Positions 1 through 7,589 of a stretch of 64,000 bases of DNA are shown here, one piece after another (position 1 is the first letter of the stretch; each line of letters begins with the position of its first letter). The stretch lies in contig JACQGE010000126.1 of NCBI GenBank assembly GCA_016199675.1, positions 1,527 to 65,526 on the forward strand, in the 5' to 3' direction. The notes below the pieces were generated by a model. It saw nothing but the letters and a program-made list of their open reading frames with translations. It was not told the DNA's origin and did no database searches. The position numbers and the translations under genes are program-made. This stretch comes from Acidobacteriota bacterium (GTDB lineage Bacteria > Acidobacteriota > Terriglobia > 2-12-FULL-54-10).

Positions 1-798
1 CGGCTGATAAATCGTTACCCCAGCCAACATCAGTTCCCGCGCCTTACGCGCCCGCAGTAGCGCATCGGCCTGCGCCAATTCTGCGCGGGTGTTTACGCCC
101 ATTGCCTCCGCGGGGTCGGGGATTGGATAGGCTGCTACTCTCTTGCCCCGCTGGTTCAGAAGGTGAATGACGTCGGTCAGATAGTACTCACCCGTGATCT
201 TATCCGGAACCAGCCGCTCCAATTCGACAAACAGTAGGCGCGTTTCAAAACAATAGATTCCTGTGTTGATTTCACGAATGGCTTGTTGCTCTGGAGAAGC
301 GGACTTCTGTTCCACAATCTGTTTCACGCTCTCGTCGGGCGCGCGCACGATGCGTCCATAGCCGGTGGGATCTTCCATCACTGCTGTCATTACACTGGCG
401 GCGGCGGTTGATTGACTGTGAAACTCCAGAAACTGGCGCAAAGTCTCGGCTCGTAAAAGCGGAGTGTCTCCATAAAAGACCAATAGCAGCGGAGCCGCCG
501 TCTCCAGTTCTTGTCGCCCGCAACGCAACGCGTGTCCTGTGCCCATAGGTTTTGTCTGTCGAATGAAGAACAATCTCTCTCCCGAGGGAACCGGGGGGGC
601 CGACAGGGTCTCGATTATTTCTTTCGCCTGGTATCCCACAATGACGAAGATTTTTCTAGGAAGCAGTTCTGTTGCAGTGCGGACGGTGTGCTCGATTAGC
701 CGCCGTCCTCCGGCGGAATGTAGCAACTTTGCGCGTTTGGATTTGAACCGAGTTCCCAAACCTGCGCCTAAAATAGCGATCGTAAATGGTTCAATCAT
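1..798 (-). CDS. glmU: Bifunctional UDP-N-acetylglucosamine pyrophosphorylase / glucosamine-1-phosphate N-acetyltransferase GlmU. N-terminal nucleotidyltransferase domain only; the C-terminal LbH domain runs off the window start.
   Basis: Reverse-strand translation starting at the ATG at 798 reads MIEPFTIAILGAGLGTRFKSKRAKLLH...LVFYGDTPLL...INTGIYCF...EYYLTDVI...GVNTRAELA...LAGVTIYQP. This matches the GlmU Gly-rich LGTR(M/F)KS motif and the start of the left-handed beta-helix. The ORF track missed it because it is split across frames. I re-read it by hand. Confidence 0.8.
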   Translation of the reverse strand, partial: MIEPFTIAILGAGLGTRFKSKRAKLLHSAGGRRLIEHTVRTATELLPRKIFVIVGYQAKEIIETLSAPPVPSGERLFFIRQTKPMGTGHALRCGRQELETAAPLLLVFYGDTPLLRAETLRQFLEFHSQSTAAASVMTAVMEDPTGYGRIVRAPDESVKQIVEQKSASPEQQAIREINTGIYCFETRLLFVELERLVPDKITGEYYLTDVIHLLNQRGKRVAAYPIPDPAEAMGVNTRAELAQADALLRARKARELMLAGVTIYQP

Positions 799-901
799 CG
801 CTTTATTCTAGCGGGGTTCCATTAAAGGAGCGAGAAGAAAAGAAGACAGAAACAAACCTGCGATAGCCAGGTTGTTTTTATATTGTAGTCGAATATGCCT
901 T

Positions 902-1966
902 TCAGGTTTTTCTCTTTGAGGCGGGTAAACTCTGGTGTTTTTCCGCGATCTCCAGAACTGCCCGTGCCAACAAATCAGGGTCGTGGCGAACCCATTTGGC
1001 AGCAGAATGATTGGCCCCTTCTTCAGAGACGATTTCCGACAAAACTACTTGAACTCCAAGTTTTTCCAGTTCCTCGATATCATTTTTTACAGGGCAAGAT
1101 CGTTGTGCCCGGTATCGCCTTTGGAGTCTGGGTGCAATGGGTACCGTATCGAGCAGTACGTAGTCAAACAATGCCATCCTACAGTGCTCATAGATGGTCC
1201 GGAGGTGGTCGGAGGCAGAAAATCCAGTCGTCTCGCCCGGCTGCGTCATCAAGTTACAGATGTAGATTTTAGCTGCCCGGGACTGCGCGATCTTTCGAGT
1301 CACGTCTCGCACCAGCAGGTTCGGGAGCAGGCTGGTGAACAGGGAACCTGGGCCCAGGGTAATTACATCTGCCTGCGCGATCGCTTCCAGCGTCTGCGGC
1401 AAAGGTCGGCAGTTGGGGGGTACCAAACGGATGCGGGTGATCGGATGGCGACTGCGGGAGATTTGAGTTTCGCCTTGAACGATCCGACCATTCTCCAATA
1501 CCGCTTCCAATTGGATGTCAGCCATTGTGGAAGGTATGATCCGACCGCGAATGACGAGTACTTCGCTCGAAACTTTTACCGCTTCCTGGAAATCCCCCGT
1601 AACCCCCGTCAAGGCGGTCAGGAACAAGTTTCCAAAGCTATGCCCTTTGAGACCTCGTCCTCCCGAGAAACGAAATTGAAAGAGACGGGAAAGAAGTGCT
1701 TCGTCTTCGGAAAGAGCCACTAGGCAATTGCGAATGTCCCCCGGAGGCAACACTTGAAACTCTCGGCGCAATCGGCCAGAACTGCCTCCATCGTCTGAGA
1801 CGGTAACGATTGCACTTAGTTCGTTGATCCGAGGTTCTTCTGCACCCGAAAACTCTTCAAGCGAGGGAACCAAGCCATCGCTGCTTCTATCGGGCCGTAC
1901 GTACTTTTTCAGCCCTTTCAGCAGAGTGGAGAGGCCAGTACCTCCACCCATTGCGACAAATTTCAT
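902..1966 (-). CDS. Gluconeogenesis factor, YvcK/CofD-like (UPF0052) family protein
   Basis: The N-terminus MKFVAMGGGTGLSTLLKGLK and the motif VTVSDDGGSSGRLR are hallmarks of the YvcK / 2-phospho-L-lactate transferase fold. Confidence 0.8.
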   Translation of the reverse strand: MKFVAMGGGTGLSTLLKGLKKYVRPDRSSDGLVPSLEEFSGAEEPRINELSAIVTVSDDGGSSGRLRREFQVLPPGDIRNCLVALSEDEALLSRLFQFRFSGGRGLKGHSFGNLFLTALTGVTGDFQEAVKVSSEVLVIRGRIIPSTMADIQLEAVLENGRIVQGETQISRSRHPITRIRLVPPNCRPLPQTLEAIAQADVITLGPGSLFTSLLPNLLVRDVTRKIAQSRAAKIYICNLMTQPGETTGFSASDHLRTIYEHCRMALFDYVLLDTVPIAPRLQRRYRAQRSCPVKNDIEELEKLGVQVVLSEIVSEEGANHSAAKWVRHDPDLLARAVLEIAEKHQSLPASKRKT

Positions 1967-1990
1967 TCGATTCCTCGTGGGGCTCCCAGG

Positions 1991-2695
1991 CTAACCCCCC
2001 TTAGGGAGGACCTTTTCAGGGTAGATCATCTCGGTAAAACGTGGGTCCTCCTCCAAATTGGAAAAGTCGGGATCTTTTTGTGCCAGGAATCGGTTCTGAG
2101 GATTGAGTTCAATCGCCTTCCGAAGATATTCCAATGCACCTTCAGCATTTTTCCGCAATGCCTGTGTCGTTGCCAATGCGTAATGTATATAGTCAGATTC
2201 AGGTGCTAATTTTAGTGCTTTTTTCAAAGATTCTTCCGCTTCTTCGAAGTTTCCTTGATTGGCTAATTGAATTCCGTGATTATAGAAATCATCCACGGTT
2301 TTCAAATGCAAAGTGGATTTCGATAGCCTCTGATTACAAATATGTAAATAGATTCGCGCACGTTCTGCCAAATCAGGCGCCGGGGCCGAAGATAGTCGCT
2401 CCAGAATCGCGCGCGCCTTAGCAAACTCATTATTATTGAAGAGCTTTACGGCATTCGCAAACTGTTCTAAAGCATTTTTGAAAGCAATTTCTTCTGAGGT
2501 TAGACGTCGCCGTGGGAGGGGTTTTATAATCTTTTCCTGGTACGAATCTTTGCTTCGAACGACCTTCTTAGCCGGATTCTTCTTAATGTTAATCTTTTTT
2601 TTCAAAGGCTTAGCAGTCTTAAGCGATTTTTTTTTCGAATTAGTTTGCTTACGGATTTCTTTGGAATGATTTTTTGCGGAATTAGTTTTTTTCAT
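1991..2695 (-). CDS. TPR-repeat protein with a lysine-rich basic N-terminal tail
   Basis: The first ~60 aa carry about 25% Lys/Arg (KKTNSAKNHSKEIRKQTNSKKKSLKTAKPLKKKINIKK). The C-terminal half holds several TPR-like helices (AxxxYxxGxxxxA patterns). Confidence 0.6.
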   Translation of the reverse strand: MKKTNSAKNHSKEIRKQTNSKKKSLKTAKPLKKKINIKKNPAKKVVRSKDSYQEKIIKPLPRRRLTSEEIAFKNALEQFANAVKLFNNNEFAKARAILERLSSAPAPDLAERARIYLHICNQRLSKSTLHLKTVDDFYNHGIQLANQGNFEEAEESLKKALKLAPESDYIHYALATTQALRKNAEGALEYLRKAIELNPQNRFLAQKDPDFSNLEEDPRFTEMIYPEKVLPKGG

Positions 2696-2871
2696 GCATC
2701 TAAAGTTTTTTGATTAATTTTTATAACAAAAGACTTAACAAAGTCAAGAAGCTTACAAGATATGAATTTCTAAAAAATCTCCAAAAGTTTCGAAATTGTT
2801 GCATAAATACAACACATCCTTTTTCATTACTATATGTAATATATTCATTATAAATAAATTATCATAAAGGA

Positions 2872-3825
2872 ATGGAAATTGCTTTTGCCTCTCAAGAAAT
2901 GATTTATCAACATACTATAGCTAAATCCGTTGAAATCTCTGGTATTGGGTTACATAGTGCTGTCTCTGTAAGGATTCGATTACTCCCTGGGACTGCCAAT
3001 AAGGGAATTATCTTCCGCAGGACGGACTTGGATAATTTTGAAATTCCCGCTTCCTGGAAGCATATTGCGCGCGTTAGTTATGCGACCAGCTTGATGCGCA
3101 AAGGAGTATTGATTTCTACGACTGAGCATATCCTTTCCGCACTGATGGCAATGGAGATTGACAATGCCGTCATCGAAATCAATTCCTTGGAATTGCCGAT
3201 CCTGGATGGCAGTTGCAAGCCGTATCTCGAGTTGCTCCAAAAAGCAGGGCGGCGGCGACAACGCACTCCGAGGACTTATTTGAAGATTCTGCGGCCGGTA
3301 GAGGTTGTGGAGGGAGCTAAGCGCATCGCCATCTTTTCTGCCGACAGTTTTCGCATCACCAGCAGCATTGATTTTCCGCATCCGCTGGTTGGCCATCAAT
3401 CCTTGGAGATGGAGATCACGCCGGAGGTTTATGCCCGTGAAATCGCGCCGGCGCGGACCTTTGGTTTTCTGGATCAGCTTTCACAAATGAAAGATATGGG
3501 GCTGATCCGGGGCGGCTCGCTGACCAACGCTGTAGTGTTCACACACGACTCGGTGATGAATGACGAAGGGCTGCGTTTTTCCGATGAGTGTTGCCGCCAC
3601 AAAGTTTTGGATTTGATTGGTGATCTGGCTTTGATAGGGTATCCGCTCCGAGCGCACGTGGTGGCCGAGCGGGCCGGACATGCCATGCACACAGCCTTGG
3701 TCTTGAAGCTGGTCAAGGATCGCTCGTTGTGGGAGTTGGTTACTGACGAGATACCTGCCGCTGCGCCATCCCTTTCCGCCCCGGAACTTGCCTTGGAAAC
3801 GGCCTCCCAGGCCGCCAACAGCTAA
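2872..3825 (+). CDS. lpxC: UDP-3-O-acyl-N-acetylglucosamine deacetylase
   Basis: The translation aligns along its length with LpxC: ISGIGLHS, TTEHILSAL, ARTFGF, GGSL, and HKVLDLIGDL, the zinc-site HKxLDxxGD motif. An AT-rich divergent promoter region lies upstream (2700-2870). Confidence 0.9.
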   Translation: MEIAFASQEMIYQHTIAKSVEISGIGLHSAVSVRIRLLPGTANKGIIFRRTDLDNFEIPASWKHIARVSYATSLMRKGVLISTTEHILSALMAMEIDNAVIEINSLELPILDGSCKPYLELLQKAGRRRQRTPRTYLKILRPVEVVEGAKRIAIFSADSFRITSSIDFPHPLVGHQSLEMEITPEVYAREIAPARTFGFLDQLSQMKDMGLIRGGSLTNAVVFTHDSVMNDEGLRFSDECCRHKVLDLIGDLALIGYPLRAHVVAERAGHAMHTALVLKLVKDRSLWELVTDEIPAAAPSLSAPELALETASQAANS

Positions 3826-4010
3826 AAAGTTAGTCACTTCTTTGATACCTGTGGCAAAAATGCCACACCACCAAAACGGCTTGCTCCCCCGGTTTCGTCA
3901 TGTGGTAGATGATAAACTTCCGCACTGCCGTAGGCCGGAGTGCAGCCGGAGGCGCAGCGACTCGCAACCCTCAAACGGTGCTAAGATTCTCGCTGGAGTG
4001 TTCCTGGTAA

Positions 4011-4511
4011 ATGCTAGAAAAAGCCTTACGCCGAAAACTTCCCAGCGGCTGTTTTCAGAATGTGTCAAGACAGCGTTCCGAAAACATGCGGGCCATAAAA
4101 GGAAGTTTGAACACTACTACTGAGCAGTGTTTGCGGCTTGCTCTTGTGAGGGCAGGATTGCACGGCTGGAAAGTGCGGCCGCGCGGTTTGCCTGGAAACC
4201 CGGATTTTGTTTTTCCCGAACGAAGAGTTGCCATCTTTGCAGACGGCTGCTTTTGGCATGGCTGTCCCCATTGCTGCCACGCTCCGGTTAGGAACAACTC
4301 CGCTTACTGGCGAGAAAAGATTAAGCGCAATCGGGCAAGAGATCAAAGCAATCGTCGGCGGTTGCAGACACAGGGGTGGCGAGTCCTTCGAATTTGGGAA
4401 CATGAGTTGAATAGATCACCTGATAAAGCAATCGGCCGCCTCCAATTCTTCCTGACGGCCAAAGGACGCAGGAATCTAGGAATGCGTATTAGATCAGTTC
4501 AATCGAAATAG
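4011..4511 (+). CDS. vsr: Very-short-patch repair endonuclease (T:G mismatch endonuclease)
   Basis: SENMRAIKGSLNTTTEQ...LPGNPDFVF...AIFADGCFWHGCPHC...YWREKIKRNRARD...GWRVLRIWEHEL matches the Vsr signature (NMxxIxxxNT, PGxPDxVF, F(V/A)DGCFWH). It is convergent with the methyltransferase operon. Confidence 0.8.
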   Translation: MLEKALRRKLPSGCFQNVSRQRSENMRAIKGSLNTTTEQCLRLALVRAGLHGWKVRPRGLPGNPDFVFPERRVAIFADGCFWHGCPHCCHAPVRNNSAYWREKIKRNRARDQSNRRRLQTQGWRVLRIWEHELNRSPDKAIGRLQFFLTAKGRRNLGMRIRSVQSK

Positions 4512-4535
4512 AGTTAGTCATTAGTGAGAGGTCAG

Positions 4536-5285
4536 TCAGGCCGAGGGGTACGAATCCATTTGCTTTTGAGTAAGGCTTTCCGGGAGGTTTTCGGGGCAAA
4601 TGTAGTCGTTAAAGAGAACACAAGGGACATGGACCTGGGGCTGCAAGCCCCCGTGTTTTGAGAAAGACCTCCTGCCGGCAGCAACGGATTTGTCGGCATC
4701 GCCCACGTTAAACTCGCTGTTCTTGCATTGGACTGAGACTATAGGCCGATGGGGTATCGTCCCAACTGGCAAAAGCCAGAGAATGTCAAAGCCGCCATCT
4801 CCTCTTCCCCTGCGCAACACGGGGCCATCGAAACCCAGGGTTTGCAGGTAATCGTTGAAATCCACTCTTGTTCTCCTAACATCCCTCGGGTCTCCAACTC
4901 GATGGATTGATCCCGTTGCGCGCCGGGCAAGACGCTCAGCCACACCGCACTCAAAGTCCCTCGATTTATCTCGCAAGGTTCGGATTTCTTTCATCGCTTT
5001 CACAAAGTTCAGAAAATCCGTGTCCACGGCGGTAAATCTGCCATCCTGGGGATTGTAATCAAATGGCAAGGGCGATCCTTTTCCCTTGAAATGGTTCTTC
5101 AATTCTTGCGTAGCAAGCCGCATAGCCTTTTCTGTGCTTGATGCACTCAGTTCCCTTCTGAGGTCATCCAGAAGAGGTGCTTGCTCCTCGTTCACTTGGA
5201 GATTGGAACGGGTCAACACGCGGGATTCCTGGGAACACAACTCCTCGGCAACAACCTCGAAGAACTTAAAGAGCGGGCTAGGCAT
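4536..5285 (-). CDS. Hypothetical protein with a PD-(D/E)xK-like core. Candidate restriction endonuclease of the adjacent methyltransferase operon.
   Basis: The C-terminal region contains GDGGFDILW followed about 15 aa later by VSVQCKNSE, a D...(E/Q)xK pattern. The start codon overlaps the stop of the ParB-like gene (ATGxxTAG), so it is the last gene of the M-ParB-X operon. It has no other recognisable family. Confidence 0.45.
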   Translation of the reverse strand: MPSPLFKFFEVVAEELCSQESRVLTRSNLQVNEEQAPLLDDLRRELSASSTEKAMRLATQELKNHFKGKGSPLPFDYNPQDGRFTAVDTDFLNFVKAMKEIRTLRDKSRDFECGVAERLARRATGSIHRVGDPRDVRRTRVDFNDYLQTLGFDGPVLRRGRGDGGFDILWLLPVGTIPHRPIVSVQCKNSEFNVGDADKSVAAGRRSFSKHGGLQPQVHVPCVLFNDYICPENLPESLTQKQMDSYPSA

Positions 5286-6321
5286 TCTTCGCCTTGAGAA
5301 AAGCTTTCACACTTGATTCAAAGTTCTGGAATGTTTTCAGAAGCTTTTCGGCATCGCTGTCTTTTTTCGACCGGAGGATTTTCTTTAAGAGGCGGTCTAA
5401 ATCCTTCGTGAGTTTGTGCAGCCGCTTTAGGCTCTCTTCCAGAGTGTCCACATAAAGTTCGGCTTCTTCTAAACTCTTCCGCTTGTGCAATACGTAACTG
5501 GCTTTTTCTGACCCTAACACCCTGGCTAGCTTGGCCAATTCACGTGTATCGCGGATCACTTTTCCCTGGGGATCGCGTTCGTTGCTGCCCGGTCTCTTCG
5601 GCCCGTACAAGTCATCCAGGAGACCCTTGAAATTCTGTTTGTTGAACCCTCGAATCTCCAGCGTCGTGGAATCAACGTCAAGTTGAAGGAAATTCTGTAC
5701 TCCGGTGCGCCCTAGCGCTTCACCCAGTACCCAGAAGTCCTCGTCGGGTGGCAAAGCCGCCCCCGCCAACTTAAGCAGCCGATAAGGAACCAAGAAACGT
5801 CGCGCCTGTTGCTTGGTGAGACGGACCTCCTTGATTACTCGATCGAGATTGCCGACCGATTTGATTTCTCGCTCTAAGAATTGTGCTTTACTCTTTGGCG
5901 GCCACTCTCGGAATCCAAACAGATGCCGCACCCCAAGGTAAACGCGCATCTCGTTTCGGAGCTGAGGATCAGGCTTTTTGGGAAAGACAATGACAGGGAT
6001 TTGGTCCAAGTCTGAGGTGCGTCCCTGATACTTGTCGAGATTAGCCCGGATTTCCCTTATGGCTGCTAAGCGGCGGTTGCCCTCGACGACAGCGAACCTG
6101 CCGTTTTTCTGCTTGACAACGAGAGGTTCATAATCAATGAAACCGTTTTCTAGGAGGGAGTCTACTAGTTCGGAAGCGTAGTGTGGCTTTCCATAGACGT
6201 ACCGCTGAATCTCATCTTGGCTCTTGCCAGACACATCACCGGCAAACCGGGGGTTTTCGGGATCAAAATCGAGAAGGTCAGGTGACAAATACTTCAATCT
6301 CGGCTGTTCTGACTTTGCCAT
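5278..6321 (-). CDS. ParB/Sulfiredoxin (ParB N-terminal nuclease/NTPase-like) domain protein with a C-terminal coiled-coil region
   Basis: FAVVEGNRRLAAIREI is the ParB/Srx GxRRxxA arginine-patch motif, followed by IPVIVFP. The C-terminal 120 aa are Lys/Glu/Leu-rich helix. The start was chosen at MAKSEQPRLKYL (ATG at 6321), 5 nt after the methyltransferase stop. The longer ORF-track start at 6465 would overlap the methyltransferase. Confidence 0.7.
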   Translation of the reverse strand: MAKSEQPRLKYLSPDLLDFDPENPRFAGDVSGKSQDEIQRYVYGKPHYASELVDSLLENGFIDYEPLVVKQKNGRFAVVEGNRRLAAIREIRANLDKYQGRTSDLDQIPVIVFPKKPDPQLRNEMRVYLGVRHLFGFREWPPKSKAQFLEREIKSVGNLDRVIKEVRLTKQQARRFLVPYRLLKLAGAALPPDEDFWVLGEALGRTGVQNFLQLDVDSTTLEIRGFNKQNFKGLLDDLYGPKRPGSNERDPQGKVIRDTRELAKLARVLGSEKASYVLHKRKSLEEAELYVDTLEESLKRLHKLTKDLDRLLKKILRSKKDSDAEKLLKTFQNFESSVKAFLKAKNA

Positions 6322-6326
6322 CGGAT

Positions 6327-7271
6327 TTACCAGAGGTCTCCCAAGTTTGAAACAACGGCTTTGAATAACGGTGGCGGAACAGCGTTGCCGATCAACTGGA
6401 ACCGTTCGCGCACCGTTCCTCTCTCCCATCTGAAATTTTTCGGGAATCCTTGGAGTGCTGCACATTCACGGTAGGACAATCTGCGCGCAGGTCCCTTTCG
6501 TGCGAACACCCACTTGTCCGTGTGGATTCGTTTCAGGGGAGGGCTCATTGGATGAAGCGGAACGTGCCGCCAGTGTCCCACAATGCAGGGACATGGTTCG
6601 TCCCAGTCGTGCCGCCGCCTCCTGGACAGGTAATACCAATGGAAGGGTTCGTCATTGAAATCCCCTTCCGGCCACTGCGGCATGCCGGCTAAAACTTCCT
6701 TCTGCGAAAGCGGACGGCGACCGGTTTCACTACCGTAGAGAGGCTTCGGAAATGTGTACTGGAAACTGATGTCTGACCGGATGCCAACAATGAAGATGCG
6801 TCGGCGCTGTTGTGCAACCCCATAATCTTGAGCGTCAAGCACCTGCCACTTGACACGGTAACCGGCCATTCGGTAGCGGTATAGCTGATTGTGCAGTAGC
6901 TTGCGATTCTCTCCGTAAAGCATCCCATTAACGTTTTCTACCGCGAACGCCCGTGGCAATACCGCACGCAGCACTCGGTCAAACTGCTGATACAGGAAGT
7001 TGATCGAATCACCCGTTTTGCGCCTTCCCCCTTGTGTAAAGCCTTGGCATGGATAGCAGCCCACGAGAAAATCCGCATCTGGGAAGTCAGCGAAGTCGAA
7101 GTCCTGGATGTCACCCTGTTCGATTACCGGTCCTATATTATCTTTGTAAGTCTGGCACGCCACCTCGTCAATATCATTGGCCCAAACGATGTGATGTCCA
7201 AGTTGCTTTATGGCAAAATCGGAACCGCCGCAACCACTGAACAGAGAAATCGTCTGGATTCGTTTCATCAT
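6327..7271 (-). CDS. DNA (cytosine-5)-methyltransferase
   Basis: The C5-MTase motifs are present in the canonical order: I LFSGCGG, IV GCYPCQGFT (PCQ), VI AVENV, VIII QQRRRIFIVG, and X GNAVPPPL at the C-terminus. The start was placed at MMKRIQTISLFSGCGG. The 58-aa upstream extension in the ORF track is unlikely to be real. Confidence 0.85.
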   Translation of the reverse strand: MMKRIQTISLFSGCGGSDFAIKQLGHHIVWANDIDEVACQTYKDNIGPVIEQGDIQDFDFADFPDADFLVGCYPCQGFTQGGRRKTGDSINFLYQQFDRVLRAVLPRAFAVENVNGMLYGENRKLLHNQLYRYRMAGYRVKWQVLDAQDYGVAQQRRRIFIVGIRSDISFQYTFPKPLYGSETGRRPLSQKEVLAGMPQWPEGDFNDEPFHWYYLSRRRRHDWDEPCPCIVGHWRHVPLHPMSPPLKRIHTDKWVFARKGPARRLSYRECAALQGFPKNFRWERGTVRERFQLIGNAVPPPLFKAVVSNLGDLW

Positions 7272-7589
7272 CAATCGAGCTTCTGCACGGTTCGACTTTC
7301 GAGGATCATACCAAATTCCTGTCTCTAAGCATAAACCAAAAGGCTTTCGTTGCGTTCGAGCGTCAACATTGCAAGAAATAGGCCGGTCAGACTCTCCGGC
7401 TTTGTAAGGCCTGGCTGTTGGAGTAAAAGTCGCTGCGCGGAGCACTGCGCTCCGGGCTTCGTCAGAGTCTGGATTAAGCCTCCGAACCGTTTTTCGGCAC
7501 GGTTAAAACCGTGCTTGACGGAGTTTCAAATTTCTTCTTTGAGAATTTCTCCTTATCAAACTGCGGAGTTGCGTTACACTTCCCCTTTT

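Noticed and set aside
935-1723. A 262-aa plus-strand ORF
   Set aside because: It is fully antisense to the strongly supported YvcK-family gene (902..1966) and has no family signature.
3848-3867. A hairpin TGTGGC-AAAAAT-GCCACA downstream of lpxC as a terminator
   Set aside because: The stem is only 6 bp and no U-tract follows. I kept it only as a possibility.
3788-4123. A 111-aa plus-strand ORF
   Set aside because: It overlaps the lpxC 3' end in another frame and runs into the Vsr start. It is low-complexity and Pro/Arg-rich.
7272-7445. A 58-codon N-terminal extension of the C5-MTase ORF
   Set aside because: Motif I (LFSGCGG) follows directly after MMKRIQTIS, so extending the protein upstream is unnecessary.
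7350-7589. An 80-codon N-terminal extension of the argJ ORF
   Set aside because: ArgJ homology begins at MSQRKN... (7590). The upstream codons lie in the divergent intergenic region and are Arg/Ser/Cys-rich junk.
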